Made by a program: the position numbers and the translations under genes
Assembly (NCBI GenBank): GCA_964492155.1
Contig: CAZBJD010000001.1
Span: forward strand, 5,729 to 69,728
Origin: an uncultured Eubacteriales bacterium
GTDB taxonomy: Bacteria > Bacillota > Clostridia > RGIG6154
DNA: 64,000 bases
Reading direction: 5' to 3'
Notes under the pieces: model-generated
The model's input: only the letters and a program-made list of their open reading frames with translations
Database searches by the model: none
What the model was told of the DNA's origin: nothing
In this document: positions 1-9,596 of the stretch, one piece after another
Layout: every line of letters starts with the position of its first letter
How positions within the stretch are numbered: the first letter of the stretch is position 1

Positions 1-1
1 A

Positions 2-505
2 AAATTTGTAACAGGGTCATTGAAAATAGGGGCGTTTGAGTTACCATACCTGATTATATATCTGGTGGTTATCGCCGCGATAATGTGGTTTATCTGGAAC
101 AAAACTGTTTTGGGACGTAATATGTTTGCAATTGGCGGAAATCCTGAGGCGGCTGCTGTGTCAGGTGTAAAACTTTCAACAAATATTATTTTGATATTTT
201 TAATCTCAGGAATTTTGTATGGATTGGCTGGTTTTTTAGAAGCAGGACGCGTAGGGTCAGCGACAAGTAACAGCGGTATAAACTATGAGCTTGATGCCAT
301 ATCTGCTTGTGTTGTGGGAGGTGTATCCTTTGCAGGCGGCGTTGGAACAATCCCGGGTGTATTGATTGGAACAATAATACTCCAATTTATAAATTACGGT
401 TTGAACTTTATTGGTGTCAGTCCGTATTTGCAGTATATTATAAAAGGTGTAATAATTATTTTGGCAGTTTCTATCGACGTAAGAAAGTATCTTGAAAAGA
501 AATAA
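2..505 (+). CDS. Sugar ABC transporter permease (RbsC/XylH-like). C-terminal fragment; the 5' end lies outside the window.
   Basis: The frame is open from the window edge. The translation shows a polytopic membrane profile with the GGxSxxGGxG-type motif typical of monosaccharide ABC permeases. It sits next to the hexuronate genes. Confidence 0.65.
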   Translation, partial: KFVTGSLKIGAFELPYLIIYLVVIAAIMWFIWNKTVLGRNMFAIGGNPEAAAVSGVKLSTNIILIFLISGILYGLAGFLEAGRVGSATSNSGINYELDAISACVVGGVSFAGGVGTIPGVLIGTIILQFINYGLNFIGVSPYLQYIIKGVIIILAVSIDVRKYLEKK

Positions 506-541
506 AAAAATATACCTGATTAAATCAGGTATATTTTTTTC
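504..541. terminator. Bidirectional intrinsic terminator shared by the convergent permease and AraC-family genes.
   Basis: Perfect palindrome A7-tatacctgat-taa-atcaggtata-T7: a 10-bp stem flanked by an A-run and a T-run. Confidence 0.7.
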
Positions 542-1334
542 TGTATTCAGCAGGAGTCATTGACATATATTTTTTAAAAACATTTGTAAAATATGCCGGC
601 GAGTTAAAACCGCAACAGTAACAAATATCCGTTATTGTCATATCAGTTTCTATCATAAGATTACAAGCGTGCTTAAGCTTGATTTTGTTCAGGTAAGTGA
701 CTAGTGAAATACCTGTTTCTTTTTTAAAAAGTCTGCAAAGATGATATTTGGTTACATAAATTTGATCTGCAATTTCTTCAATTTCATTGATTGTCCGATA
801 GTTTTCGTTGATATATTCGATAATGGTTTTAATTTTTTGATTAATTGAATTGTCAATATATTCACTTTTTTCACAATTATTAAGTTCATTAAGTAATTCA
901 GCTATATAAACATAAGCAAAACCTGTATCCGGCTTTTTATATTCGTCAAGTATTTTGTAAAGAAGTTTTTTAAAATTTTGACTTGCATTGTCAGAAGGTC
1001 GCACTAATGTGGCGCTGAAACAATTTTTTAAAAGCTGGACAGACAGAGGCGAAAAGTATTTTTGTAAGAATTCTTCCTTAAAATCAATAAGTATTCTTGT
1101 AACAGTATCACCCCCGGTTTTGTGTATATATCCCGGAGGAATAAGCACAAAATCGCCCTCTTTTAACATAAAAAATTTATCTTCAATAAAATAGTTTCTT
1201 ACTCCTTTTTCAAGATAGTATATTTCATAACTGTAATGATAGTGCATAGAAACCATTTCATAATTTGTTTCGTTTCTTCCGACTTTAATGCATTCGGTTT
1301 TGTTGGTCTGGACAAGCTTTGCCACAAATAACAC
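525..1334 (-). CDS. AraC-family transcriptional regulator with an N-terminal cupin sugar-binding domain and a C-terminal HTH.
   Basis: 269 aa. C-terminal AraC-type HTH (…DICYCCGFNSPAYFTNVFKKYMSMTPAEYR). Divergent from the uxa operon. Confidence 0.85.
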   Translation of the reverse strand: MLFVAKLVQTNKTECIKVGRNETNYEMVSMHYHYSYEIYYLEKGVRNYFIEDKFFMLKEGDFVLIPPGYIHKTGGDTVTRILIDFKEEFLQKYFSPLSVQLLKNCFSATLVRPSDNASQNFKKLLYKILDEYKKPDTGFAYVYIAELLNELNNCEKSEYIDNSINQKIKTIIEYINENYRTINEIEEIADQIYVTKYHLCRLFKKETGISLVTYLNKIKLKHACNLMIETDMTITDICYCCGFNSPAYFTNVFKKYMSMTPAEYRKKYT

Positions 1335-1459
1335 CTCGCTTATATCAATATTTTACAATAAATCATAAAAATAAGCAATATATTAAAATGTTTTTTAGGA
1401 AAAGTGTCACCCATCATTGAGAATTGCACAAGAAATTAAAATAATTTTACAAATTTGTA

Positions 1460-1488
1460 TTGAAAAAGATTTTTGTTTGTGGTAAAAT
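1460..1488 (+). promoter_or_regulatory. SigmaA-type promoter for the uxaBAC operon.
   Basis: TTGAAA - 17 nt - TAAAAT, with a TGg extended -10. Confidence 0.45.
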
Positions 1489-1567
1489 GAATAAAATATG
1501 ATTTATACGGAATAGATGTAATGTTTATCCCTGTATGTTATTTATTAAAACGAACGGAGTAGTGGCA

Positions 1568-2878
1568 ATGGAAAAAATTAACGAGAAGTTCAAAAAGGTT
1601 GAAAGACCCGAAAAAGTAATTCAGTTTGGCGAAGGTGGTTTTTTAAGAGGCTTTGTTGACTGGATGCTTCAGAAATTGAATGAAAGCGGCAAATATAACG
1701 GTAGTGTTGTTGTAGTTCAGCCAATTGAACAGGGAATGTGTGACAAATTGTCTGAGCAAGACTGTATGTATACTCATGTTATGCGTGGTATTGAAAACGG
1801 CGAAGCTGTAGTTCGTAAAGATGTTATAGACGTTATCTCAAGATGCGTTAAACCTTATGATAATTATGACGAATATTTAAAACTGGCTCATAATCCTGAT
1901 TTTAGATTGGTGGTTTCCAATACAACTGAGGCAGGTATTGCATATGTGGAAGGTGATAAATTGGATGATGCTCCTCCTAAATCTTTCCCTGCAAAAGTAA
2001 CAGCTCTCTTATATGAAAGATTTAAAGCAAAACTTCCCGGATTTATTTTCATCCCTTGCGAGCTTATTGATAACGCAGGCGATAATTTAAAACGTATCGT
2101 TCTTCAGTATGCAAGTGACTGGAATTTACCTGAAGATTTTGTTTTATGGGTTAATAATGATAATATATTCTGCAATACTTTGGTTGACAGAATTGTTACC
2201 GGTTATCCCAAAGACGAGGATATGGAGCTTGGTTATATAGATAATATGGTTAACACATCTGAAGTGTTTCATTTCTGGGCAATTGAAGGACCGGCCTGTC
2301 TTGCTGATGAGCTTCCGTTTGATAAAATAGGTCTTAATGTTATCTGGACAGATAATCTTGCAATGTATAAAAAAAGAAAGGTAAGAATTTTGAATGGTGC
2401 ACATACATCGTTAGTGCCATATGCTATGCTTAATGGCTTTGATACCGTCAAGTCATGCATTGATGATGAAAAAATGCTTGCTCACCTCAAAAAATGCGTG
2501 TACGACGAAATTGTTCCTACGCTTGACCTCCCTCGTGAAGAACTGATTGAATACGCAGATGCTGTTGTTGAAAGATTTGCAAATCCGTATATAAAGCATT
2601 ATCTTTCTTCCATTGCACTTAATTCTGTAAGTAAATTTAAAGTAAGAGTATTGCCTTCAATTCTTGAATATATTAAAAGATATGATAAAATGCCTGATGA
2701 ACTTATACTTTCTTTTGCTGCTTTGATAAAATTCTATAAAACCGATATGAAAAATGATGATAAAGATGTCGAAGAATTTATGGCAAAAGCTACTACGGAA
2801 GAAATCCTTGCGAAAACCGAGTATTGGGACCAGGATCTTTCTTTCTTGCTTAATGAGGTGAAAAAGTATGAAAATTAA
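1568..2878 (+). CDS. uxaB: Tagaturonate reductase (altronate oxidoreductase).
   Basis: N-terminal …VIQFGEGGFLRGFVDWM… mannitol-dehydrogenase-family signature. Start chosen at MEKINEK (ORF-track start 1535). Followed by uxaA and uxaC. Confidence 0.8.
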   Translation: MEKINEKFKKVERPEKVIQFGEGGFLRGFVDWMLQKLNESGKYNGSVVVVQPIEQGMCDKLSEQDCMYTHVMRGIENGEAVVRKDVIDVISRCVKPYDNYDEYLKLAHNPDFRLVVSNTTEAGIAYVEGDKLDDAPPKSFPAKVTALLYERFKAKLPGFIFIPCELIDNAGDNLKRIVLQYASDWNLPEDFVLWVNNDNIFCNTLVDRIVTGYPKDEDMELGYIDNMVNTSEVFHFWAIEGPACLADELPFDKIGLNVIWTDNLAMYKKRKVRILNGAHTSLVPYAMLNGFDTVKSCIDDEKMLAHLKKCVYDEIVPTLDLPREELIEYADAVVERFANPYIKHYLSSIALNSVSKFKVRVLPSILEYIKRYDKMPDELILSFAALIKFYKTDMKNDDKDVEEFMAKATTEEILAKTEYWDQDLSFLLNEVKKYEN

Positions 2879-4247
2879 TAAGCTTGATAATGTTGAGGTT
2901 AATCTTGAAACGGGTCACAAAATTGCTGTAGCTGATATAAAAGAAGGCGAAAACGTTATTAAATACGGTTGCCCGATTGGTCACGCTACTTGTGATATTA
3001 AAATCGGCGATGCGGTACATACACATAATGTGAAAACAAACTTAAGTGATATTCTGGAATATCAGTATAACCCGAAATTCTACGACATTCCCGAAGTTAA
3101 TGATGGTATTACTTTTAAGGGATATGTTAGAGAAAATGGGGATGTGGGTATCAGAAATGAAGTTTGGATTGTTAATACTGTAGGGTGTGTTAACAAAGTT
3201 TCTGATAAGATCGCTTCTCTTACAGGAGCAATCAGCATCACGCATCCTTTTGGCTGTTCACAGCTCGGTGATGATCAGGCAACAACACAGAAAATTTTAA
3301 GAGGTCTTATTAACCATCCTAATGCTGCCGGCGTACTCGTTCTTGGTTTAGGATGCGAAAATAACAATATTGAAACCTTTAAAAGTGTGCTTGGTGAGTA
3401 CAATCCCAAGCGTGTTAAATTTTTGATTGCTCAGGAGTCTGAGGATGAAATAGCAGAAGGCGTTAAGATTGTAAACGAACTTAAAGCATATGCTGATACA
3501 TTTAAAAGGGAAGATGTTCCGATTTCCAAATTAAAAGTTGGTCTAAAGTGCGGCGGAAGTGACGGATACTCAGGCATTACAGGCAATCCGTTGGTAGGTG
3601 CATTTTCAGATATGCTTATAGCACGCGGAGGAACAAGCGTTTTAACTGAAGTTCCGGAAATGTTTGGAGCAGAGCAGCTTTTGATGGAACGTTGCGAAAG
3701 TAAAGAAGTTTTTGACAAAACCGTTGATTTAATCAATAATTTCAAAAAATATTTTATTAAACATGATCAGGTTGTATACGAAAATCCTTCGCCGGGTAAT
3801 AAGGCAGGAGGGATTACTACTTTAGAGGAAAAATCTCTCGGTTGCGTGCAAAAGGGTGGTTTGTCAAAGGTTGTTGACGTTCTCGATTATGGTGATACAC
3901 TGCAAAAGAGCGGCCTTAATCTTTTGAATGGCCCGGGTAATGATATTGTTGCAATTACTAATCTTGCGGCATGCGGTGCACATATTATCTTGTTTACAAC
4001 AGGTAGAGGAACACCGGTCGGTTCGCATGTGCCTACAGTAAAGATTTCTACAAATTCTTCGCTTGCCGAAAGAAAACCGACATGGATTGATTTCAATGCA
4101 GGTAAGCTTTTGGAAAATGGTGATATGGAAGGTAATGCAAAAGAATTGTTTGATTACATTATTTCTGTTGCAAACGGCGAACTTACAAACAACGAAAAAA
4201 ATGGCTACAGAGAAATTTCTATATTTAAGGATGGTGTTACATTATGA
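2868..4247 (+). CDS. uxaA: Altronate dehydratase.
   Basis: 459 aa. N-terminal SAF domain (MKINKLDNVEV…), sitting between uxaB and uxaC. Confidence 0.85.
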   Translation: MKINKLDNVEVNLETGHKIAVADIKEGENVIKYGCPIGHATCDIKIGDAVHTHNVKTNLSDILEYQYNPKFYDIPEVNDGITFKGYVRENGDVGIRNEVWIVNTVGCVNKVSDKIASLTGAISITHPFGCSQLGDDQATTQKILRGLINHPNAAGVLVLGLGCENNNIETFKSVLGEYNPKRVKFLIAQESEDEIAEGVKIVNELKAYADTFKREDVPISKLKVGLKCGGSDGYSGITGNPLVGAFSDMLIARGGTSVLTEVPEMFGAEQLLMERCESKEVFDKTVDLINNFKKYFIKHDQVVYENPSPGNKAGGITTLEEKSLGCVQKGGLSKVVDVLDYGDTLQKSGLNLLNGPGNDIVAITNLAACGAHIILFTTGRGTPVGSHVPTVKISTNSSLAERKPTWIDFNAGKLLENGDMEGNAKELFDYIISVANGELTNNEKNGYREISIFKDGVTL

Positions 4248-5611
4248 GTTTTATTAATGATAACTTTATGCTTCAGAATGAAACTGCAAAGAAGCTTTAT
4301 AATGATTATGCAAAAGATATGCCGATTATTGATTACCATTGTCATATCAGTCCTAAAATGATTGCTGAAGATGCAAAATTTAAAAATATTACCGAGCTGA
4401 TGCTTGGTGGTGATCACTATAAATGGCGTCAGATGCGTTCAAACGGTGTTGATGAAAAATATATTACAGGAGATTCAACCGATTACGAAAAATTTGAAAA
4501 GTGGGCTGAAACCCTTCCTTATGCGATCGGAAATCCTCTTTATCATTGGACACATCTTGAACTTAAACGTTATTTTGGTATTGATGAAACCTTGTCACCC
4601 AAGACAGTAAAGTCTATTTGGGACAGATGTAATGAACTTTTGGCGAAAGATGATTTTTCTGTTCGCAGTTTGATTTCCAAATCCAATGTTGATACCATTT
4701 GTACTACCGACGACCCGATGGATACACTGGAGTATCATAAAGCTATCAAAGAAAGCGGCTTCAACACCAAAGTTCTTCCGACATTCAGACCTGATAAGGC
4801 TGTAGAAATCGGAAAAGAAACTTTTATACCATACCTTGACACTATGGGTGTAAAATCTTTCAAGGAATTTTGTGATAAATTAGTTGAAAGACTTCATTTC
4901 TTCCACGAAAACGGATGCAGACTTTCTGACCATGCACTTGAATATGTTCCGTACGCCGAAGGAGATGCCGAAGCGGTTTATAATAAAAAAGTTGCAGGTG
5001 CTGAACTTTCAAAAGAAGAAATTGATGTATTTAAAACATTTGTTTTACAGCTTTGTGCTAAAGAGTACACCAAGCTTGATTGGGCAATGCAACTTCATAT
5101 TGGCGCACTCAGAAATAACAACTCAAAGATGTACGAAAAAATGGGTCCTGATGTTGGTTTCGACTCAATCAACGACCTTTGTATTGCAGAAGCATTATCA
5201 GCCTTCTTAAATTCTCTCGAGGCTATTGATTCCTTACCAAAAACTATTCTCTATACATTAAATCCGAAGGATAATTATGTGTTGGGAACAATGCTTGGCA
5301 ACTTCCAGAAGGCACCTACACCCGGCAAAATACAATTTGGCTCAGGTTGGTGGTTTAATGACCAAAAAGATGGTATGCAAGAACAAATGAAGGCTCTTGC
5401 AAACCTTGGCTTACTCGGCAGATTTGTTGGTATGCTTACAGATTCAAGAAGCTTTGTTTCATATACAAGACACGAATATTTCAGAAGAATTTTCTGCAAT
5501 TTAATTGGTACTTGGGTAGAAAACGGAGAATATCCTGCAGATTACGATATGTTAAAAACAATCGTTGAAGGTGTTTCTTACAGGAATGCAAAAGAATACT
5601 TTAAACTTTAA
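4244..5611 (+). CDS. uxaC: Glucuronate (uronate) isomerase.
   Basis: 455 aa with the IIDYHCH motif. Its start overlaps the uxaA stop. Confidence 0.9.
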   Translation: MSFINDNFMLQNETAKKLYNDYAKDMPIIDYHCHISPKMIAEDAKFKNITELMLGGDHYKWRQMRSNGVDEKYITGDSTDYEKFEKWAETLPYAIGNPLYHWTHLELKRYFGIDETLSPKTVKSIWDRCNELLAKDDFSVRSLISKSNVDTICTTDDPMDTLEYHKAIKESGFNTKVLPTFRPDKAVEIGKETFIPYLDTMGVKSFKEFCDKLVERLHFFHENGCRLSDHALEYVPYAEGDAEAVYNKKVAGAELSKEEIDVFKTFVLQLCAKEYTKLDWAMQLHIGALRNNNSKMYEKMGPDVGFDSINDLCIAEALSAFLNSLEAIDSLPKTILYTLNPKDNYVLGTMLGNFQKAPTPGKIQFGSGWWFNDQKDGMQEQMKALANLGLLGRFVGMLTDSRSFVSYTRHEYFRRIFCNLIGTWVENGEYPADYDMLKTIVEGVSYRNAKEYFKL

Positions 5612-5613
5612 TA

Positions 5614-5647
5614 AAAATCACCCGTTCGCAGAGCGGGTGATTTTTTT
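5614..5647 (+). terminator. Intrinsic terminator of the uxa operon.
   Basis: Stem atcacccg/cgggtgat, loop ttcgcaga, then T7. Confidence 0.75.
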
Positions 5648-5722
5648 GTGCTATTAATTAATATCGTTATTGGGACTTGCAAAAGTTGCGAATAGAAACA
5701 TATACTTTTAGAAAGGAGGAGT

Positions 5723-6412
5723 ATGATGTTTCTTTTTTTTAGTTCTGCATTGAGTCAGGTTATGTTTCTTTTATCCTATGTTTCTTCATCGAATTCATTT
5801 CCAAAACCCTTATCTGTACGTGAGGAAAACGAAGCATTGGAAAAACTTAAATCAGGAGACAATGGTGCAAGAAATTTACTTATTGAAAAGAATTTAAGAT
5901 TAGTTGCTTATATAGCTAAAAAATATTCATCATCTAACATTGATGCAGACGATTTAATATCCATAGGTACGATTGGGCTTATAAAAGCAATCAATACGTT
6001 TAATTCCGATAAGGGTATCAGATTAGCTACATATGCATCGAGATGTATTGAGAATGAGATTCTTATGGTAATTCGTAATTCAAAAAAGTTGACGAATGAA
6101 ATTTCTTTAGAAGAACCGATAGGGGTGGATAAAGAAGGAAACGAAATAAGCTTCCTGGATATTGTGTCACAAGATGATGAAGACGTAATCGAGTCAGTGG
6201 AAATAAATACTCAAGTTAAAAAAATGTATTCAGCAATTGAAAGTCTGCTGGATGATCGTGAAAAATCAGTTTTGCTTTACAGATATGGCTTAAATGGTGT
6301 TGAGGAAAAAACTCAACGGGAAATTGCGTCGTTGCTTGGAATATCAAGGTCATACGTATCCCGTATTGAGAAAAAGGCATTAAAAAAACTAAGAGCATTT
6401 TTAGAAAAATAG
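5723..6412 (+). CDS. sigK: Pro-sigma-K, the late mother-cell sporulation sigma factor. Intact, with its pro-sequence.
   Basis: Near-colinear with B. subtilis SigK (LRLVAYIAKKY…[15 protein letters not shown]…[14 protein letters not shown]…TQREIA..LGISRSYVSRIEKKAL). N-terminal hydrophobic pro-peptide ending …NSFPKPLS. The preferred start may be the second ATG, at 5726. Confidence 0.85.
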   Translation: MMFLFFSSALSQVMFLLSYVSSSNSFPKPLSVREENEALEKLKSGDNGARNLLIEKNLRLVAYIAKKYSSSNIDADDLISIGTIGLIKAINTFNSDKGIRLATYASRCIENEILMVIRNSKKLTNEISLEEPIGVDKEGNEISFLDIVSQDDEDVIESVEINTQVKKMYSAIESLLDDREKSVLLYRYGLNGVEEKTQREIASLLGISRSYVSRIEKKALKKLRAFLEK

Positions 6413-6457
6413 TGAATATTTGCGTTCTGTTTACGAATACTAACAATTGGATGGGAT

Positions 6458-7135
6458 GTGTATGCATTGTTAATTTCGTTAATAAGAACGCTGATATTAT
6501 ATTTTGTAATAATTATTGTCTTTCGATGTATGGGAAAAAGGCAAATTGGTGAGTTGCAACCAAGCGAACTAATTTTGGCTATAATGCTGTCTGATATTGC
6601 AACTGTTCCGATGGAATCAACTGAAATGCCGCTTTTAATTGGTATTATACCGGTCATAGCATTAATGACCGCAGAGATTGCGTTATCGTTTTTGTCGCAA
6701 AAAAGTGAAAAAATCAGAAAAATGCTTACAGGTTCTGCCAGCTTGTTAATTAACAGAGGAAAAATTGACATTAAGGAATTAAAAAGGCTGAGAATTAACA
6801 TTGATGACTTGTCTGAGGAATTGCGTATGAGTGGTTATTCAACTGTTGCAGAAGTTGAATATGCTATTTTGGAGACAAATGGGGAGATAAGTATTATTCC
6901 TAAGTCTAATCTGCGACCGCTTTGTGCAAGTGATATAGGGATACAAGTAGAATCTGCCAGTTTACACAAAAATATTATAAAAGACGGGAAAATTGATAAA
7001 ATAAGCCTAAAAGAAATCGGGCGTGACGAAAACTGGTTAAAAAAGGTCTTGAGTAGTGAACAGACAACATTAAACAAGGTGTTTCTGATGTCATCGGACG
7101 GCAATTCGTATTTTTTGCAAAATAAGGAGAAGTGA
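6458..7135 (+). CDS. DUF421 (YetF-like) membrane protein.
   Basis: 225 aa, N-terminal transmembrane helices plus the conserved DUF421 C-terminal domain. Confidence 0.6.
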   Translation: MYALLISLIRTLILYFVIIIVFRCMGKRQIGELQPSELILAIMLSDIATVPMESTEMPLLIGIIPVIALMTAEIALSFLSQKSEKIRKMLTGSASLLINRGKIDIKELKRLRINIDDLSEELRMSGYSTVAEVEYAILETNGEISIIPKSNLRPLCASDIGIQVESASLHKNIIKDGKIDKISLKEIGRDENWLKKVLSSEQTTLNKVFLMSSDGNSYFLQNKEK

Positions 7136-7515
7136 TGAAAAGTTTTATTAGTTCACTTGTAGTTTTTTTGTTAATGCTTACAGGAGTAATATACTATCAA
7201 AATATTGTAGAAATCAAGATTGATGAAATTAATAATATAATTAATGATGCGGAAAATTTTATATTAAATCATGAAAAACTGCCGGAAAACAAACAAATTG
7301 AACAACTTAAAACAACATTTTCAGATATGAAGGAATGGATAATGATATTTGAGAATCATGATAAAATCTATTCAATGGAACAATGTATGGAAAGTATGAT
7401 GACTTATTGTAACTCCTCAGACACTAGTGATTTTTTGTCAGAATTAAAAAATCTTAAGTATTTAATTAACAATTTTTCTGATAGCGTGAAACCGACAATT
7501 AAAAATATTTTCTAA
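7135..7515 (+). CDS. Small membrane-anchored protein, possibly DUF4363-like.
   Basis: 126 aa with one N-terminal transmembrane helix. ATGA overlap with the DUF421 gene. Confidence 0.35.
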   Translation: MKSFISSLVVFLLMLTGVIYYQNIVEIKIDEINNIINDAENFILNHEKLPENKQIEQLKTTFSDMKEWIMIFENHDKIYSMEQCMESMMTYCNSSDTSDFLSELKNLKYLINNFSDSVKPTIKNIF

Positions 7516-7526
7516 TAGCTGCAATG

Positions 7527-7567
7527 ATATGCGGCTTTTTTGTTCTATTGTTGTACAAGCCGCATAT
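7527..7567 (+). promoter_or_regulatory. Hairpin overlapping a CATATATT box upstream of spoIIIAA.
   Basis: 11-bp perfect inverted repeat atatgcggctt/aagccgcatat with a 19-nt loop. The right arm runs into CATATATT (7563-7570), which is a -10-like box for sigmaE. Confidence 0.4.
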
Positions 7568-7594
7568 ATTTAAATATATCACTTAGGAGGCAAA

Positions 7595-8473
7595 ATGATC
7601 TATAAATATTTTCCTGAAGATATCAGACATATTATAAAACAGGCTGTTAAAAAAACGCGTTGTCTGGAAGAAATAAGAATACGATGCGGACAAAAAATTG
7701 TTTTTTGCGAAGCTCAAGGAAAATTTTTTGTTAATTCGCAAGGAAATTTAACACAAAACAAATGTGACGGTATTACTATGTGCAAAAGGCAAATGGAAGA
7801 AATGCTAAGGCTTATCACAAAAAACTCAATGTATGCAGTACAAGCCGAGATAAAAAAAGGTTTTGTAACATTGCCGGATGGATCACGTGTAGGTTTGTGC
7901 GGTAAATGTGTGACTACAAACGGGAAGGTTGAGTACATAAGAGATATAACGAGTTTAAATATCAGAATTTCCCGCGAAGTTAAGGAATGTGCGACAAAAA
8001 TTTATAGTGAACTACTTATTTCTGATAAAAACATTTTGATTATGTCACCTCCGGGACACGGTAAAACAACTTTTTTGCGTGACCTGGTTCGATTGGCTTC
8101 CGAAGATGGTAAAAACGTAGTTATTATTGATGAAAGATGTGAAATAGCTCCATTTGTTGACGGATACAGTATTTACGATTTAGGCAATAATACGGATGTG
8201 CTTTGCGACTTGCCGAAATCACTTGGAATTGATATGGCTTTAAGGACAATGAATCCGCAAATGATCGCAGTTGATGAAATAAGTACAATTGATGACTTTG
8301 ATGCCATAATACGTGCTATGTATTCAGGTGTAAAGATTTTGGCTACTTTTCATGGAACCAACAAAACAGATTTTCATAATAAGGTTTCAGAAAAATATGT
8401 GTCCAAACTTAATTTTGATAATTTTATTTATATAAATAAAAGTGCATCTTGTCGCAAGATTTGGTATGAATAA
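7595..8473 (+). CDS. spoIIIAA: Stage III sporulation protein AA (secretion-ATPase-like).
   Basis: Walker A motif MSPPGHGKTTFLRDLVR. First gene of an eight-gene operon. Confidence 0.85.
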   Translation: MIYKYFPEDIRHIIKQAVKKTRCLEEIRIRCGQKIVFCEAQGKFFVNSQGNLTQNKCDGITMCKRQMEEMLRLITKNSMYAVQAEIKKGFVTLPDGSRVGLCGKCVTTNGKVEYIRDITSLNIRISREVKECATKIYSELLISDKNILIMSPPGHGKTTFLRDLVRLASEDGKNVVIIDERCEIAPFVDGYSIYDLGNNTDVLCDLPKSLGIDMALRTMNPQMIAVDEISTIDDFDAIIRAMYSGVKILATFHGTNKTDFHNKVSEKYVSKLNFDNFIYINKSASCRKIWYE

Positions 8474-8484
8474 AGGAGATATAA

Positions 8485-8988
8485 ATGAAAATATTTGGTG
8501 CAATATCTGTTGTGCTTGCATGTGCGTTACTGGGATATGATATATACATAAAGGCTGTAAATAAATTAAAGTTTACCGAAGGCCTGATATCGGGATTTGA
8601 ATTTTGCAGGTGCGAAATATCATTTACGCATTTAACATTAGGTGATACTTTGATTAAATGCAGTAATTTTGCAGGTGAAGCAAGTGTTTTTTTTAATACA
8701 ATGGGTAATGCGTTAAATGCAGAAGGTGCTATACTTGAAAAAGTCTTTAGCAACTACTCAAATGTACTTAAACAATCTGTAAGTGAAGATGTTTTCGCTA
8801 TTATCAAAGATACAACGCTTCAACTTGGAACAAATGATGTTGACAATCAAGTAAATTTGATAGACAGCACCATTGAAAAATTAAATAATTGTAAATTACG
8901 CCAACGGGTGTTTTGTGATAAGGAAGGAACAATGTGTAAAAAAGTCAGTATAATTGTAGGTATAGCAATTTCACTTATGCTTTTCTGA
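8485..8988 (+). CDS. spoIIIAB: Stage III sporulation protein AB.
   Basis: 167 aa membrane protein in the second operon position. Confidence 0.6.
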   Translation: MKIFGAISVVLACALLGYDIYIKAVNKLKFTEGLISGFEFCRCEISFTHLTLGDTLIKCSNFAGEASVFFNTMGNALNAEGAILEKVFSNYSNVLKQSVSEDVFAIIKDTTLQLGTNDVDNQVNLIDSTIEKLNNCKLRQRVFCDKEGTMCKKVSIIVGIAISLMLF

Positions 8989-9005
8989 TACAAAAGGAGA
9001 AAAAT

Positions 9006-9200
9006 ATGGATGTTGATTTGATTTTCAAGATTGCGGCACTTGGTATCATAGTAGCGGTACTTAACCAATTACTGTCAAAATCCGGTAGGGACGAACAGGC
9101 AATGCTTGTAACACTGGCAGGTTTAATAGTCGCGTTGCTGACAATGGTGAGTGAAGTAAAAAATCTGTTTGATGTAGTAAAAGATACATTTGGATTTTAA
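9006..9200 (+). CDS. spoIIIAC: Stage III sporulation protein AC.
   Basis: 64 aa with two transmembrane helices, typical of AC. Confidence 0.65.
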   Translation: MDVDLIFKIAALGIIVAVLNQLLSKSGRDEQAMLVTLAGLIVALLTMVSEVKNLFDVVKDTFGF

Positions 9201-9201
9201 A

Positions 9202-9588
9202 ATGAATATTATACCGATGTTAGTATTTGCAATTATAACTATTATACTTGCCGCAATAATCAAGGAATACAGACCCGAGTTTACTGCATTAATTATTGTG
9301 ATGTCCGGGATTATATTTTTTACATACATTTGTTCCGGCGTGATAAATATTTTCGATTATTTCAGAGATTTATGTAATTATGTTGGTATAGATATCGTAT
9401 ACATAGAAGTGATGTTTAAGATTATTGGTATATCTTACATGAGCGAATTTGTATCATCTTTGTGTAAGGATGCCGGGCAAAGTTCCGTAGCGGTTAAGGT
9501 TGACATTGTAGGTAAGCTGGTAGTTTTATCTGTTTCGCTGCCTATATTTAAAGAATTATTAAATCTGATTGTCAATATTATTACATAG
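9202..9588 (+). CDS. spoIIIAD: Stage III sporulation protein AD.
   Basis: About 129 aa, polytopic. ATG at 9202 (the ORF track gives TTG at 9190). Confidence 0.65.
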   Translation: MNIIPMLVFAIITIILAAIIKEYRPEFTALIIVMSGIIFFTYICSGVINIFDYFRDLCNYVGIDIVYIEVMFKIIGISYMSEFVSSLCKDAGQSSVAVKVDIVGKLVVLSVSLPIFKELLNLIVNIIT

Positions 9589-9596
9589 GAGAAATA

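Noticed and set aside
5723-6412. A skin-like intervening element inside sigK.
   Set aside because: The ORF is continuous and colinear with full-length SigK (229 aa), so there is no insertion.
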